64,000 bases of DNA. It comes from Felis catus. Taxonomy: Eukaryota. The notes under the pieces are model-generated. The model saw only the letters and a program-made list of their open reading frames with translations. It was not told the DNA's origin and searched no databases. Position 1 is the stretch's first letter, and each line of letters opens with the position of its first letter. The position numbers were made by a program, and so were the translations under genes. The stretch covers positions 109,804,001-109,868,000 of the forward strand of contig NC_058368.1 in the NCBI RefSeq assembly GCF_018350175.1, in the 5' to 3' direction. Positions 48,345-61,304 of the stretch are shown here, piece by piece.

Positions 48345-48912
48345 GCTTTTTTTAATGTTTATTTTATTTTTAAGGCGGGGGGAGAGCATGAGTGGGGGAA
48401 AGGCAGAGAGAGAGAGCGAGACACAGAATCTGAAGCAGGCTCCAGGCTCTGAGCTGTCAGCACAGATCTTGATGCGGGGCTCAAACTCAGTAACCATGAG
48501 GTCATGACCTGAGCTGAAGTTGGATCCTTGACCAACTGAACTACCCAGGTATCCCCAAATTCCTTTATTCAAAGATTGTATTTAAAAAAAAAATTTTTTT
48601 TTTCAACGTTTATTTATTTTTGGGACAGAGAGAGACAGAGCATGAACGGGGGAGGGGCAGAGAGAGAGGGAGACACAGAATCGGAAACAGGCTCCAGGCT
48701 CTGAGCCATCAGCCCAGAGCCTGACGCGGGGCTCGAACTCACAGACCGCGAGATCGTGACCTGGCTGAAGTCGGACGCTTAACCGACTGTGTCACCCAGG
48801 CGCCCCCAAAGATTGTATTTTTAAGTAATCTCTACACCCAACCTGGGGCTTGAATTCACAATCCTGAGATCAAGAGTCATACTTGCCACTGACTGAGCCA
48901 GCCAGGTGCCCC
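48345..48912 (-). mobile_element. Nested three-SINE cluster (48345-48556; young SINEC_Fc 48584-48806; tRNA-Lys-like host 48821-48912)
   Basis: Three antisense SINEs with concentric TSDs (see findings). Confidence 0.92.
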
Positions 48913-51197
48913 CAAATATTAAAATTCCTAATTGAAGATTTCACACATCCTTAATAACATGGTATATTTCTAGCATTTTATGCCCATTTCCCTTCACAGT
49001 TTACCAATTTAAATATAATTAGCATCTGACTGAGGCCAAAGAAATTGCTGCTTGCTTTCTATATGCTTAATGATCCCATCATTGTCTCAGCTTGTACATT
49101 ACATCCCAACTCTGAATGAAAAACACTTTTGGCTTTGTTGGCATCCCCTCTCTCCCTAAGTTCAGACCCAAGTCCATGAGCCCAGCTGGCTAGTTTCCAG
49201 CTGGAATCCCCCTGAATTGTATCCTCTGAATACAAGAGCCTTGACATAGACATCAACACTGTCACGGGGCACAACTAAGAAAGGGTCAGGGGTCACCTTC
49301 CGTGGCTTCTTGACTGTGGACATGAATGAGGCTTTCTGAGTCATGAGGTTGCCCCAGAAACCCCGTTTTTACTCCTCGTTCTGGGGTAATGCCTCTTCCT
49401 CTAGGATTACGTGAGAGGAAGCTTGTAAAAATGTCCAGCAGGTTTTTTGGAGCATAGTAGGTTGTTTTTCTGTTAGTCAAAAGGCATTCTGGTGGCAGTG
49501 GGGTGTCCATGCCTCTTGTGTAGCTCCCATGTTTTGCTAGCGCTCCTGGCTGCGGGCTCCATCCTTCAGTCCGTCACCGTCGTGGAGGAAGATGCTGTGG
49601 CACAGCCATGAATCACAGTGTGAGAGTCGCTCATAATTGCCTTATATGTGTTTTCACTTCTCAAATTAAAACCATTTACTGCTGGGAACAGATGTTAAAT
49701 TCAGGACGCTTGTCAACTGTTGGCGCTATACACAAAAAAGATGCTTAAAATTAGAAGCCTGATTGAATTTTAAGTACAGTGATCACAGTGGTTGGAACTA
49801 AAATAATAGCAACGGTAAACAGCTTATGGTGGGAGATGGGAGTAAGCTGAGCTTGAATGTAAAAACGTATGATGTCAGCCATTGGGATTCTGCAGTGATT
49901 GTAGCGTTAATTAATATTTAATTGTGATAGAAACTCTCTTGTGGTAGTTGAGAAACATTCTCTCATTCATTCATAACTTAGGTGGTCACAGACAACCCAT
50001 GTGATTGATAATGGTAAGAATGATAGTTATTATATATTGGGCATCCACTCTGTTCCAGATTCACCTCTAGACCATTGATTATTCTCCAGGGCTAGGAAGG
50101 ACTGGCAATTGAGGTGATTCCCTGCTTTGGCCAATAAAAAAAATTGTAAAATGATGTAACATAAAACTTCCCATTTAAACCATTTTTGTGTGCACAACTC
50201 AGTGTGACCTTAAGTACATTCATGATGTTGTGCAACCATTGCTGCCTTCCATTTCCAGCACTTGTTCATCCCAAACAGATACTCTGTACCTATTAAATAG
50301 TAACTCACCTTGCCTCCCCCAACGTGGGTCCCTGGTAACCCTCTTCTCCTTCCCTGTCTCCATGAATTCGCCTTGGCCAAATTTGTTAAGGCTGATGTCA
50401 CTTCTGGCTGCCGGCCCCAGGAAGAGGTCTTCGATTCTCATGGTGGTGACCATGAGGTGGTGACGGGATGCACGGCCATGGGACTCCCAGAGCATCACAA
50501 GGCTCAGAGGAGGCTGGGTGCTAACGGTGTTCATCACAGCGGGCTGGGAGTGTCCGTTTTGCTGGCCCGTCTGCCCTGCCTGCTGGTGGCTTGTGTGATC
50601 ATGGGCCTGGGTCTTTCCTCTGATGCCCCAGGATCAGCCCTTTGCCTAGACACTTGGTAAATAAGCATGGGATGAATGCTCAACACAACTTCCATCCTTG
50701 GAGAGAGTGACAGCATGTGGGCCCTTCTATGCCTGCATGTACCAGCGTCTGTCCTGTGTTTGCCTTGGTTCCTGTGCCCACAGGGCTGCCCCTGGGCCCA
50801 GGCTGCAGGGGACAGGTGTGTGTGGAGGGCATGAGGAGAAGCGAGAAGCCTGGCCCAGACTCAGCTGCCAGTGTCCTCTGCTCAGGGAACACACCCTGAC
50901 CCACTCGAGGGAGGAGATGTGTTGTGTGGAAATGGGTGTGTGTTGAAATTCAAGTGAGTCCAGGTCAGGACTCTGTTACCCTGTTGTGTTGTGAGGTTTG
51001 TTCTTCGTCAGGAATTCCTGGCTGCACGTGAGGGCCGTGTGCGTCTCAGGCCTGGTTATTTCCTCTTACCATGCTGGTGGGCTGTAAGCAAAGTAGACAG
51101 GTGATTTTCCAAACCCCACAAGTGTTTGAGTTAGAGACGAAATCAAGATAGCTTAGTTCTGTCTGGTTGAGTCCTTTGTGTCAAGATAATATCGTAT

Positions 51198-51380
51198 GGA
51201 GTGCCTGGGTGGTTCAGTCTGTTGAACGTCTGACTCTCAATCTCAGCTCAGGTCATGATCTCAGGGTGGTACGATCAAGCCCTGTGTTGGGTTCTGTGCA
51301 GAGTGTGGAGCCTGCTTGATACTCTCTTTCTGTCTTGCTCTGCCCCTTTCCCCTGATTGCTCTCTCTCTTAAAAAAAAAT
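51198..51380 (+). mobile_element. Can-SINE
   Basis: Sense body with A-tail. Confidence 0.88.
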
Positions 51381-51679
51381 CATTGTGTAAATGCTGTGTT
51401 TTAGCCTTGGTTCTTGTATGCACAGTGCTGAGAGTGCCAGTAATCCTGGGGAAGTCCCTGGGGATGTTGTGTGGTCAGAGATCAAGTCTTAAGCATGCGG
51501 GCCTTGACGTGGAAGAAGTGTGGCCGACAGTGTCCATTGGTATTAACAGAGGAATAGCCTCTAGCTCAGGAAGTTCACGGCCCCCACATCTACTTTCATT
51601 TAATGCGTCCTTTCTGTCACCACAGCACATCTTACAGGTGTGTGTATGTAATGTTTTAATTGCTAGAAGGTGCTTAGTG

Positions 51680-51880
51680 ATTCAGACATGGATTTGAATC
51701 CAGATTCCTTCATATATTAGCCCTGTGAACTTAGGTATGTCCCTTTCCTTTTTGGGGCTGGGTTTTCTCATCTGTGAATGGGGGTGACAACCCCAGCCTC
51801 CCGGGGTGGTGGTGAGAATGAATGACATGGAGCAGGTGCTCACCGCTGGGCTTGGTGCTTCACACACGTTAAATACTGGG
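51680..51880 (+). mobile_element. MIR
   Basis: ggatttgaatccaga...ggttttctcatctgtgaatgggg...gtggtgagaatgaatga. Confidence 0.8.
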
Positions 51881-54447
51881 TCGCTACGGTATTGGGTCAG
51901 TTACTATGTGGAATCCCAAACTTCTCCTGAGTTGGGATTATGGTCTCTCACATGCTACCAGACAGACTTGGTTTCTACGGTCTCTCTTCTTCCCACAATA
52001 GAATCATGAGTGATTCTGATTCTGAGAGTAATTTACTCTGTGGCTCGATAAAAAGACTTGGGGGGGGGTGTCCCAACCAACTCTGTGCCTCCCTTGCTTC
52101 TGATTTCGGGATGTTCCTGCCCAAACTGTGTGACACTGTGGCCATGAGAGAGAGACAGATGTTTGCTGTGGCTAAGGGTTCTCTAGGTAGTGGGGGCAGG
52201 TGAGGAAGGACTATCTTGTGGCAAGTCTGGATGACCCTGTGCTCTCCTCAGCAGGAAAGGGCCGCTTGTGTTGTGTATCCATGGTGTGTGTGTGTGAGTG
52301 TGCATGTACCTGTGTGCTTCCAAGGAGGCTTCTCTGTGCTTGGTAGGGACCTGGGATTGGTCCCAGCTGTCTAATGTTGACTAGAGCTGTGACAGATGTT
52401 CTTTTGTTTAGTGATTCACTTCAGGGTGTGTAGCACAAAAACTTGAGGTAAACAGTTACTGCGCTAAGATTCATACTCCCCATTAAAACCTCTTTATTAG
52501 CAATCTGATTTAATGGGCAGATAAGCTGGAGTCCTGGAGATAGTCATCTGCCACCTATTGAACACACTTCATCAGGTAATGGTGTGAGAACCGTTGGGAG
52601 GCAGCCCTGCGAGTCTCTCTGAGCTCTGAGGATCCATGTCAGGCTGTTTGTTACCGTGTCTCCCAGTGTCCCCATCCTGCCCGCCGTCTCAGTCCTGCTG
52701 GCCTCGATGGCACCTGAGACAGATAAGAAGAGGCAGAGGCAGAGAGCCGAGGGTGGAAATTAAGCTCTGCTGTTGGCTTGCAATGTGGCTGCTTCCCCCG
52801 TTTTCCTGGTCGCAGGGTCTTGCGAGTACCCCTCGCTGCACGTTATCCAAAGTTCCCTCACTGCCCCTTTGGATGCAGAGAAGTTCTGTGTTCAGGGAGG
52901 GAAAGGGTGACCTGCACCGTTCTGAATTGCCCACAGTGAAAGTGCTTTTAGCTCCAGAAGCATCTCCCAAACACCTGGGTTATAGGTCCTGGGAGGAGGC
53001 CCCTGCACAAGTGTATCCCCTCTGGGCTCAGGCAACAGTTAGGGGAGGGAAGAGGCAGAGTTGGTCTCACCTCACTCCTGTTTTGTGTTCCAGGGCCTCT
53101 TTCACTCTCTGGTGTTGTGTCCTTGGCACGTTCTGGAGAAGTCTGAGGATGGCTGGCTAGTGCAGCTGGAATGCCCATCATTTCCACAAATGTATTACCT
53201 CCTCAGCATGATGGAAACTTTTTTTTTTTGTTACTCGTAGAATTATTTTTCTTTTTTAATTTTTGCATCCTCTCAAAAGCTTCAATAGCTAGTTTTCTTA
53301 GAACAAGTGAGAAAAAGAAAGATAAAGTGAGCCAAGGTAGGAAAAGTATTGAAGGGTGAGATCTCCACCTGGTTTATCCAGCTCTGTGAAATTATATTTA
53401 CTTTGACTAATATTTCACCTCATTATTCTTTATGTATTCATACATCAAATCAACACGGTGTGACTTGATCTAGTAAAGTAAAACTGAAGGTCAAGACATT
53501 CAGTTGCCCGGTAGCCACAGGGACATTTTTTTGTGTAACACCTGACTGGTTAACAAATGGTATTCTGGTTATGGACCCGATCAGGGCCCACAGCGGGCTT
53601 CACAATAACTCACAACAGGAGCATGGTTGCTCATCTGTAAAACTCATACCTGCCTTCAGTGGCTCCCTCGGGCATACCCCTAGACTTGAGGAGCTGGTAG
53701 CAGATGTGTGTGTCTGGCTTTCTGTTCCCCCGAGTCAGAATCTTCTTCTTGGTGTGAGGAGCTGAGTCTGGGTCCTCAGTGGGAGGAGTGGGGGTGTAGC
53801 GTGTAGGGCAGGCTCATTGCGGGTCGTGTTGCCCAAACTCAGAGAGTGCTCTTGGCTTGGAAAGAAGTGTACCCAGTTGTTGGCTTTTCCTTTTCACCTG
53901 AGCCCGAGTCTGTAGAGATGCTCAGCCCCTCGTGGGGTTTGTAAGGACGCCAGAAAAGTCTTTGGTTGCTAGAAACACTAGACCCACCAACTTGGATTCA
54001 TGTTAAATTTCTTAGACCTCTGCCTTTTTTTTGTTGCTGTTAAGTCCAACCCCCCCCCCCCCCCCACTGCCTCTTTATCTGTAAAGCTTTGATCACAGCC
54101 CTGGAGGGCATTGATGGTCCAGTTCCTTCCTCTATGGTCAGGGCTGAGAGCTGGGGCCAGAAAGGGAGAGGCTCCAAAGCAATACAGAACCTGGGAGCTT
54201 TGTTTGGTGTCATACCCTTCATCCTGTCTCCGAGTGAGGCAGGCCTACTGAGCTTGTAAAGAAGGATTGGTCACTGGGGTAAAGGCCTTTCACGGGGCCC
54301 TGCCCTATGAGCCTCTTGACTTGGGCCCTGTGATTGAGTACATTCTGGAATTATAAGAGCTGAAAAGAAAAGTGACAGAAATTTGCCTCTGAACGGTGGC
54401 TCTGAGAACTTCTCTTGTGCTTCTGGATTCTCCATAGGGTCTTTTCA

Positions 54448-54953
54448 TTTTTTAAAAAGTATATCATTTATTATCAAATTGGTTTCCCTACAACACCCAG
54501 TGCTCATCCCAACAGGTGCCCTCCTCAATGCCTATCACCCACCCTCCCCTCCCTCCCAACCCCCCGGCCTCCTTCAACCCTCAGTTTGTTCTCAGTATTT
54601 AAGAATCTCTTATGGTTTGTCTCCTTCCCTCTCTGTAACTTTTTCCCCCCCTTCCCCTCTCCCCTGGTCTTCTGTTGAATTTCTCAGAATCCACATATGA
54701 GTGGAAACATATGGTATCTGTCTTTCTCTGCCTGACTTATTTCACCTAGGATAACACTCTCCAGTTCCATCCACGTTGCTACAAAAGGCCATATTTCATT
54801 CTTTCTCATTGCCAAGTAGTATTCCATTGTATATATAAACCACAACTTCTTTATCCATTCATCAGTTGATGGACATTTAGGCTCTTTCCATAATTTGGCT
54901 ATTGTTGAAAGTGCCGCTATCAACATTGGGGCACAAGTGCCTGTGCATCAGCA
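54448..54953 (-). mobile_element. 5'-truncated L1 (~0.5 kb, 3' UTR plus ORF2 tail)
   Basis: Minus-strand ORF IAKLWKEPKCPSTDEWIKKLWFIYTMEYY is the L1 ORF2 end; TSD TCCATAG[G/A]GTCTTTTCA at 54431-54447 and 54954-54970. Confidence 0.95.
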
Positions 54954-55573
54954 TCCATAGAGTCTTTTCAGATTGGCTCTGGACTTAGTTGATTTTAGGT
55001 ATATAAGTCTCAAGTCTGGGAAAACCCTAACTCCAAGGCAAACCAGCATGGTGGTTTAGCCTATCTTGGGGTGACCAGAGAGGGCTGGTCCTCCCTTTCT
55101 TAGGAGCCATGTCTGACCCTAGGTTAGGAGATGTGTGCAGACAGCTCTGCTCCCTGTCCCCTTTCTGAGTTTGCTATGCCGCTGTCTTTCCCAGTTTCCC
55201 TTGAGAAGATAAACCCACTGCCTTGGCCCCTCTCTGTTCGGTGCTCCTATCTTCTTTCTTGCTCTGTACTGGCCTTTGCCAACCTCTTTCCAGTTTCTCT
55301 CACTGAAAAAATTGTCACAGGTACATCTGTTTGCCTGTTGTAGGCCCCATTTTTTTTTCTCTTGAGGTTTTCCGGTGGACATCTGGAGCTTCAGGTGTGG
55401 CATTTGTATGCAAAGGGGCCAAGCTTTAGGCAGGAGATTGGCTCAGCTGGGAAGGCCCGGTTTTCCCCAGAGTGTCTGTCCTGCTTCAGTGATTAAAGGG
55501 GCACCAGTCCTGGGCTCATGAGCTCTGACATAAAGTTGGCACTTCCCGAGCAGGGTTGCTTATGGGGTTGGAT

Positions 55574-55774
55574 ATTTTTTTAAAATTTTTTAATGTTTGT
55601 TTATTTTTGAGAGAGGGAGAGAGAAAGCATGAGCAGGGGAGGGGCAGAGAAAGAGGGGGACAGAGGGCCTGTGCTGCCAGCACAGAGTCCAATGCAGGGC
55701 TGGAACCCAAAAACTGTGAGATCACTATCTGAGCCAAAGTCGAATGCTGAACCGACTGAGCTACCCAGGCACCC
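55574..55774 (-). mobile_element. Can-SINE
   Basis: Antisense body; gttggat[a/c]tttt TSD. Confidence 0.9.
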
Positions 55775-57049
55775 CAAAGTTGGATCTTTTTCACCCCAAG
55801 CAGCTCTTCTGTGTTGGGGCTCCTAGAGCCCATTCTCATGTTGGTTGTGCAGTGAGCCCCTGCCCTGAGACTACTCCACCTCACACCTCTGTGTTTTACC
55901 TCTTTCCAGACTGAGCTCTTCCTGCCTCCCCAGTTTCATGATCCAATGTGGGGCCTGTACTTCCTGCTAGTACTTGGCCACTGACCAGGAGTACACGAAG
56001 GTGCCCGGATGGATGGATGATATTTGAGGATAAGGGGAGGGGGACATTTTTTTAAAGAGATAATAAAACTTGATGGGTAGAGAGAAGATTTTCCCATAGC
56101 TCCAGAAGCTGAAGACAAGAGGAGCATAAATAATCAGGACATATTCCTTTGGGGCTCATGTCTGAAGTGGGAAATGCAGATTTTATAATCACGTTCCACC
56201 AGCATGCCAGCCAGGTCAGCCTCATGAGCTCCAGAACCAGGACATTGCTCCAGCCTGGAGCCAAACAAGGAAGCATGGAGATTCAGCACATACCTGTAAT
56301 GTCCAGAAAAATCAATTTGTGTCACAATCGGAGTGTGGAATTGGAATGAAGGAAGCACCCAAGGAGCTGATGAGTGTCTTCAAAGGGAGCTGGCCTTTCA
56401 GGCATGCATTTTTACATTTACCAAAGATGAGCAAAGGAACCCAAGAAATTGGATGTCTCTGGCACTCCTTAAATGTTGCTTCCTGGACTGGGCCCTTGAC
56501 CTTGGCTGGAAGAGCATGTGTGCAGTGTCATTACTGATGGCTCACATTTGTGGTCAGGCTCCTGGCACCAGGCACTGGCTTGGGTGGAGGCCAAGTTCCT
56601 TAGGGAAGAAACCCGTTCCTCTGTGTGAGGAATGAGGCTCTCTTTTGGCTACCTTCGGCTGGGGCACAGCCATCTTGGAAGGCTCTTTCTTGCCCTTTCT
56701 GCCTTGATTCTCAGGCAGGATTGGTGCAAGGTAGTGATTGTTGTGCCTGGGGTGGAGCCACCAGAGTGGGCTGGAAGGCACCACTAGTAGAAGAGGGTGC
56801 GAATCTTGTGATTTGGACTGGAGTTCATGGCCTGGGATTTCGGCAAAGACGACAGGAAATGGGCAAGGTGCTGCCGGGTGTTAGTTCCACCTTCAAAACC
56901 TCATCTTATTATGTATTTATATTTTTAAATGGGCTACTTTTCTTTTAATATAGGGAGCTGCAGGAAAGAAAAACAATAGGTTATACTCTTTGTATCTGGA
57001 AAAATGCCAGCAATATCATAAAAACAAAAACAAAAACCCAAATGAAACA

Positions 57050-57482
57050 GAGCACCTGGGTGGCTCAGTTGGTTAAGCATCCAGCTTCGGCTCAGGTCAT
57101 GATCTTGTGATTCGTGGGTTCGAGCCCTGCATTGGACTCTGTGCTTGACAGCTCAGAGCCTGGAACCTGCTTTGGATTCTGTATCTCCTCTCTCTGTCTC
57201 TTGTTCATGCTCTGACTCTCTTTCTCTCAAAAATAAACGTTAAAAAAACTAACCAAATGAAACAAATTTTTTTTTTTTTTGAGAGCGAGACAATGTGCCC
57301 CTGTGGGGCAGGGGGTGGGATGGGGGGGGGGAGGCCTAGGGAGAGGGGCAGAGAGAGAAAATCCCAAGCAGACTCCATGCTCAGCACAGAGCCCCACTCA
57401 GTGCACCATCCCATGGCCCTGGGGTCAGGACCTGAACTGAATTTAAGAATCTGATACTTAACCAACCGAGCCACCGAGGCTC
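57050..57482. mobile_element. Tail-to-tail Can-SINE pair: (+) 57050-57252, (-) 57267-57482
   Basis: First copy has TSD CCAAATGAAACA at 57038-57049 and 57253-57264. Confidence 0.9.
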
Positions 57483-58235
57483 GGTAGGCTCCCCTACCCT
57501 CTCCTCATAGACAGCTATTGTTAGAGTTTCTCATGGATTCCCTCTGGGGAAAATCAGGCATATAGTTGCATATATGAATCTGTACTCAAACAGAGGATTA
57601 CATTTTTCCACACTTTACTTTTTTTCCCTCTTCGGATAATAATAATTTAGCCTGGAGATTGTTTTTCGTCAGCACATACAGATCTTGCCCATCAGTTTTC
57701 ATAGCTGCATAGTGGTTCTGGCCTGAATATACTACAGTTTTATCTAATTATTCTCATTGATGGTCACTTTGGTTGGTTCTGTTCTTTTTTTCTTTGCTCT
57801 TATTAGCAAAACTGTAATTATTATATATATATTTCTTGGGGAGCCTTTGCAAATAAGTTCAGAGAGTATATCCCTGCAGTGGACATACTATATCAAAAGG
57901 AATATGATTTTTTAAAAATTTTTGTAGATACGATCTTGCTGAAACCAGTACAGGCAAGGAGGTAGGAATATAGGCTTGGAAATTGGCCTGTTGTATGTTT
58001 TTTTTCACTTAATCTATTCACGTTTACTGTTCTTTTTCCTCTTGAGTTTTTCTCATTGGTTTCTGTGAGTCTTGATAAATGAGTCCTTTGTTGGGTGTGT
58101 TGCTGTATACGTTTTCCAGCTTTCTTTTTTCAGTGGCATAGGCAAGTTTTAATGCTTCTGTAGTCAAATTCTTCACTCTTTGTGAAAAATTGTAACATTT
58201 GGGTTTTGTGCCACACTTTGAAAAACTTACAGTCA

Positions 58236-58450
58236 GGGGGCGCCTGGGTGGCGCAGTCGGTTAAGCGTCCGACTTCAGCCAGGTCACAATCTCGCGGTCC
58301 CGGAGTTCGAGCCCCGTGTCAGGCTCTGGGCTGATGGCTCGGAGCCTGGAGCTTGTTTCCGATTCTGTGTCTCCCTCTCTCTCTGCCCCTCCCCCGTTCA
58401 TGCTCTGTCTCTCTCTGTCCCAAAAATAAATTAAAAAAAAAAAAACGTTG
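58236..58450 (+). mobile_element. Young felid SINE (SINEC_Fc type)
   Basis: TSD AAAAACTTACAGTCA at 58221-58235 and 58451-58465. Confidence 0.95.
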
Positions 58451-58630
58451 AAAAACTTACAGTCAGAATTCTGCTCAGCCTCTGACCAGCTCCATGACCT
58501 ACAAACCTTGCTATGCAGTGCTCTTGGTGGAAAGAATTCTAGGAAGATGTGTGTATAGGGTGCAGGGGCTTAATACCTGGTTGAGTTAATGCTAGATCCC
58601 TACACTGGCCTATTAAAGTGTACTTTCTCA

Positions 58631-58836
58631 GGGTTCTTGGGGGCTCAGTTGGTTGAGTGTCCAACATCAGCTCAGGTCGTGATCTTGAGGTTTGTGAGTT
58701 TAAGCCCTGCATTGGGGCTGTCTGCTGTCAGCTCAGAGCCTGCTTCTGATCCTCTCTTTCCCTCTCTCTCTGCCCCTCCCTCACTCATATTCTCCCTCCC
58801 TCTCTCTCTCAAAAATAAATAAACATTAAAAAAATA
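58631..58836 (+). mobile_element. Can-SINE
   Basis: Perfect flanking repeat taaagtgtactttctca. Confidence 0.92.
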
Positions 58837-59277
58837 AAGTGTACTTTCTCATTGAACAGCCTCTTAAGGAAGGCTTTTTGCTTCATCTGTAACTCTGTTG
58901 ATCTGTAATCTCTGTGTGAGATTTCCCTTATAAGTGTGTGAGGCTGAGTATAAATGGTCCAAATCAATCTCCTGGGTTGGTGAGGTTGAGAGACAGCAGG
59001 GCATTAGGGGTCTGGGATGAGAGGGTGGGGCAAATGGGATACATTTTGCTGTCACCTTTGTGGTCTGGTATCGTTGACCTTACCTGGTCCTGGGTGTTGT
59101 CTTGACTCTTGATCTGCAGCTGCCTTAGTAGAAACCTGTGGGTTATGCTCGGGACCAAGGTCTGAAATTGGAGTCTGTGCAGTAAATGATAATGTGGACT
59201 CTTCCTTCTCATGGGTATTAAAGACAATGGGATTTACTGTGGGTCCAGGACCTGGGGAAAATGAAGCTTTCTCTTAA

Positions 59278-59283
<6 letters not shown>

Positions 59284-59335
<52 letters not shown>

Positions 59336-59342
59336 TGTGTGT
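59284..59342. repeat. (TG)n microsatellite
   Basis: About 29 TG units with one interruption. Confidence 0.95.
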
Positions 59343-59675
59343 ACACGTGGGCCTGGGGTACAGCAACTAACCAGGTGCTCTTGAGCTCCTCCTTAGCCTC
59401 TGTGAGTCCATTCTGTACTTGTGATCTCCTCCCTCTGGAGTGGCGTTGGGCTTTCCTTGGCCCATACCCCCTTGGAGTTGTCAGCAGGCCTATGGGCTCA
59501 TGTGTACTTGTCTCTTCTGGTGGGAAGGTGGCTTTGAGGCAGAGAACTGTAGGTGCTCCTAACATGGCTGTGTTTGACCATGTGGGGGTACAGCCTTGAA
59601 AATGAAAGGAGTTTTTCCCTTGGCAGAGGACAGCAGAGGACTTGATCTCATGGCTGATCATTCAGGTCCACTCTT

Positions 59676-60145
59676 TTTTTTTTTAATTAAAATTTATTTA
59701 TTTATTTATTATTTATTTATTTATTATTTTTTTAAAATTTTTTTATTTACTTTTGAGACGGAGAGAGACAGAACATGAGCAGGAGAGGAGCAGAGAGAGA
59801 AGGAGACACAGAATCCGAAGCAGGCTCCAGGCTCCGAGCTGTCAGCACAGAGCCTGACGCGGGGCTTGACCTCACGGACTGTGAGATCATGACCTGAGCC
59901 GAAGTCGGACGCCCAACTGACTGAGGGGACCCAGGTCCCTCTAAAATTGTTTAAAAATATATTTATTTTTTGAAGGAGAGAGACAGAGGGTGGGTGCGGG
60001 AGGGGTAGAGAGAGAGGGAGACACAGAATCCAAGGAAGACTCTAGGCTCTGAGTTGTCACCACAGAGCCTGATGTGGGACTTGAACTGATGAGCCATGAA
60101 ATTCTGACCTGAGATGCTTAACCAACTGTGCCACCCAGGTGCCCC
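59676..60145 (-). mobile_element. Two Can-SINEs inside one outer TSD
   Basis: ATTCAGG[T/C]CCACTCTT at 59660-59675 and 60146-60161. Confidence 0.9.
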
Positions 60146-60308
60146 ATTCAGGCCCACTCTTGAGGTGTCAGGAGGGACCAGAACCACCAAATACCTAGTT
60201 CTGGCTGACACCCGTCGGCAGGGGAGGGCCAAATGTGTTTTTGGAGCTATTTTCCTGGGTTCTTTTTTTCTTTTTTATATGAAATAAAATTTACAAAATT
60301 CTCTCTTT

Positions 60309-60534
60309 TTTTTTTTTTTTAATTTTTTTTTCAACGTTTATTTATTTTTCAGACAGAGAGAGACAGAGCACGAACGGGGGAGGGGCAGAGAGAGAGGGAG
60401 ACACAGAATCGGAAACAGACTCCAGGCTCTGAGCCATCAGCCCAGAGCCCGACGCGGGGCTCAAACTCACGGACCGCGAGATCGTGACCTGGCTGAAGTC
60501 GGACGCTTAACCGACTGCGCCACCCAGGCGCCCC
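60309..60534 (-). mobile_element. Young felid SINE (SINEC_Fc type)
   Basis: TSD CAAAATTCTCTCTTT at 60294-60308 and 60535-60549; CpGs intact. Confidence 0.95.
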
Positions 60535-60629
60535 CAAAATTCTCTCTTTAATGAAGAATACAATAAGGAGTCATTCTATGCTTGACTCCTCAGAATAATT
60601 GAGTAGCTTGTTAAAAATTTTTGTATTAC

Positions 60630-60820
60630 TTTTTTTTAATGCTTGTATTTTTAATTTTTTTTTTTTAATTTTAGAGAGGTGGGGAGAGGCAGAGAGAGAG
60701 GGAGAGAATCCTAAGCAGGTTTCCTGCTGAGCATGGAGTACAATGTAGGGCTGGGTCGTGAGATCGTGACCTGAGCCGAAATCAAGAATCAGACGCCTAA
60801 CTGAGCCACCAGGTTCTCCA
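60630..60820 (-). mobile_element. Can-SINE
   Basis: Antisense SINEC body. Confidence 0.85.
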
Positions 60821-61033
60821 TAATTTTTTTTTCCATAAACTTTTGTATTATGTTTAAATTATAATTTTAATTACTCCAATAAGGTGTGCATAAATATATT
60901 CTCATTTTTGTAAAGGAAAACTATCCTAAATAAGGCTGTAGCTTCCTTTGAGCAGCTCAATCTTGGTTCCATTCCTACCTTCCTAGAGGTTGCTATGGTT
61001 CTTCGTTTGGTATATATCTTCTAGATCTTTATT

Positions 61034-61050
61034 CTGTCTGTCTGTCTGTG

Positions 61051-61092
<42 letters not shown>
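61034..61092. repeat. (TCTG)n(TCTA)n compound tetranucleotide STR
   Basis: Seen directly in the sequence. Confidence 0.95.
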
Positions 61093-61093
<1 letters not shown>

Positions 61094-61304
61094 ATTTCTG
61101 TGCCCATGGAAAATCTGTATTATTTATTTGTAGGTGTCTATGTGTGTAGTATTGTATGTCTATGTGTTTATATAAAGACACAAGAGGTCATATACCACAT
61201 GTCATTCTACGGCTTGCTTCAAAAACATTCATTAACAAATATCTCCATGATCTAGCCCTATCAGTACTGACAGGTCTACCTCATTTTAAAAATTGCTTCA
61301 TGGT

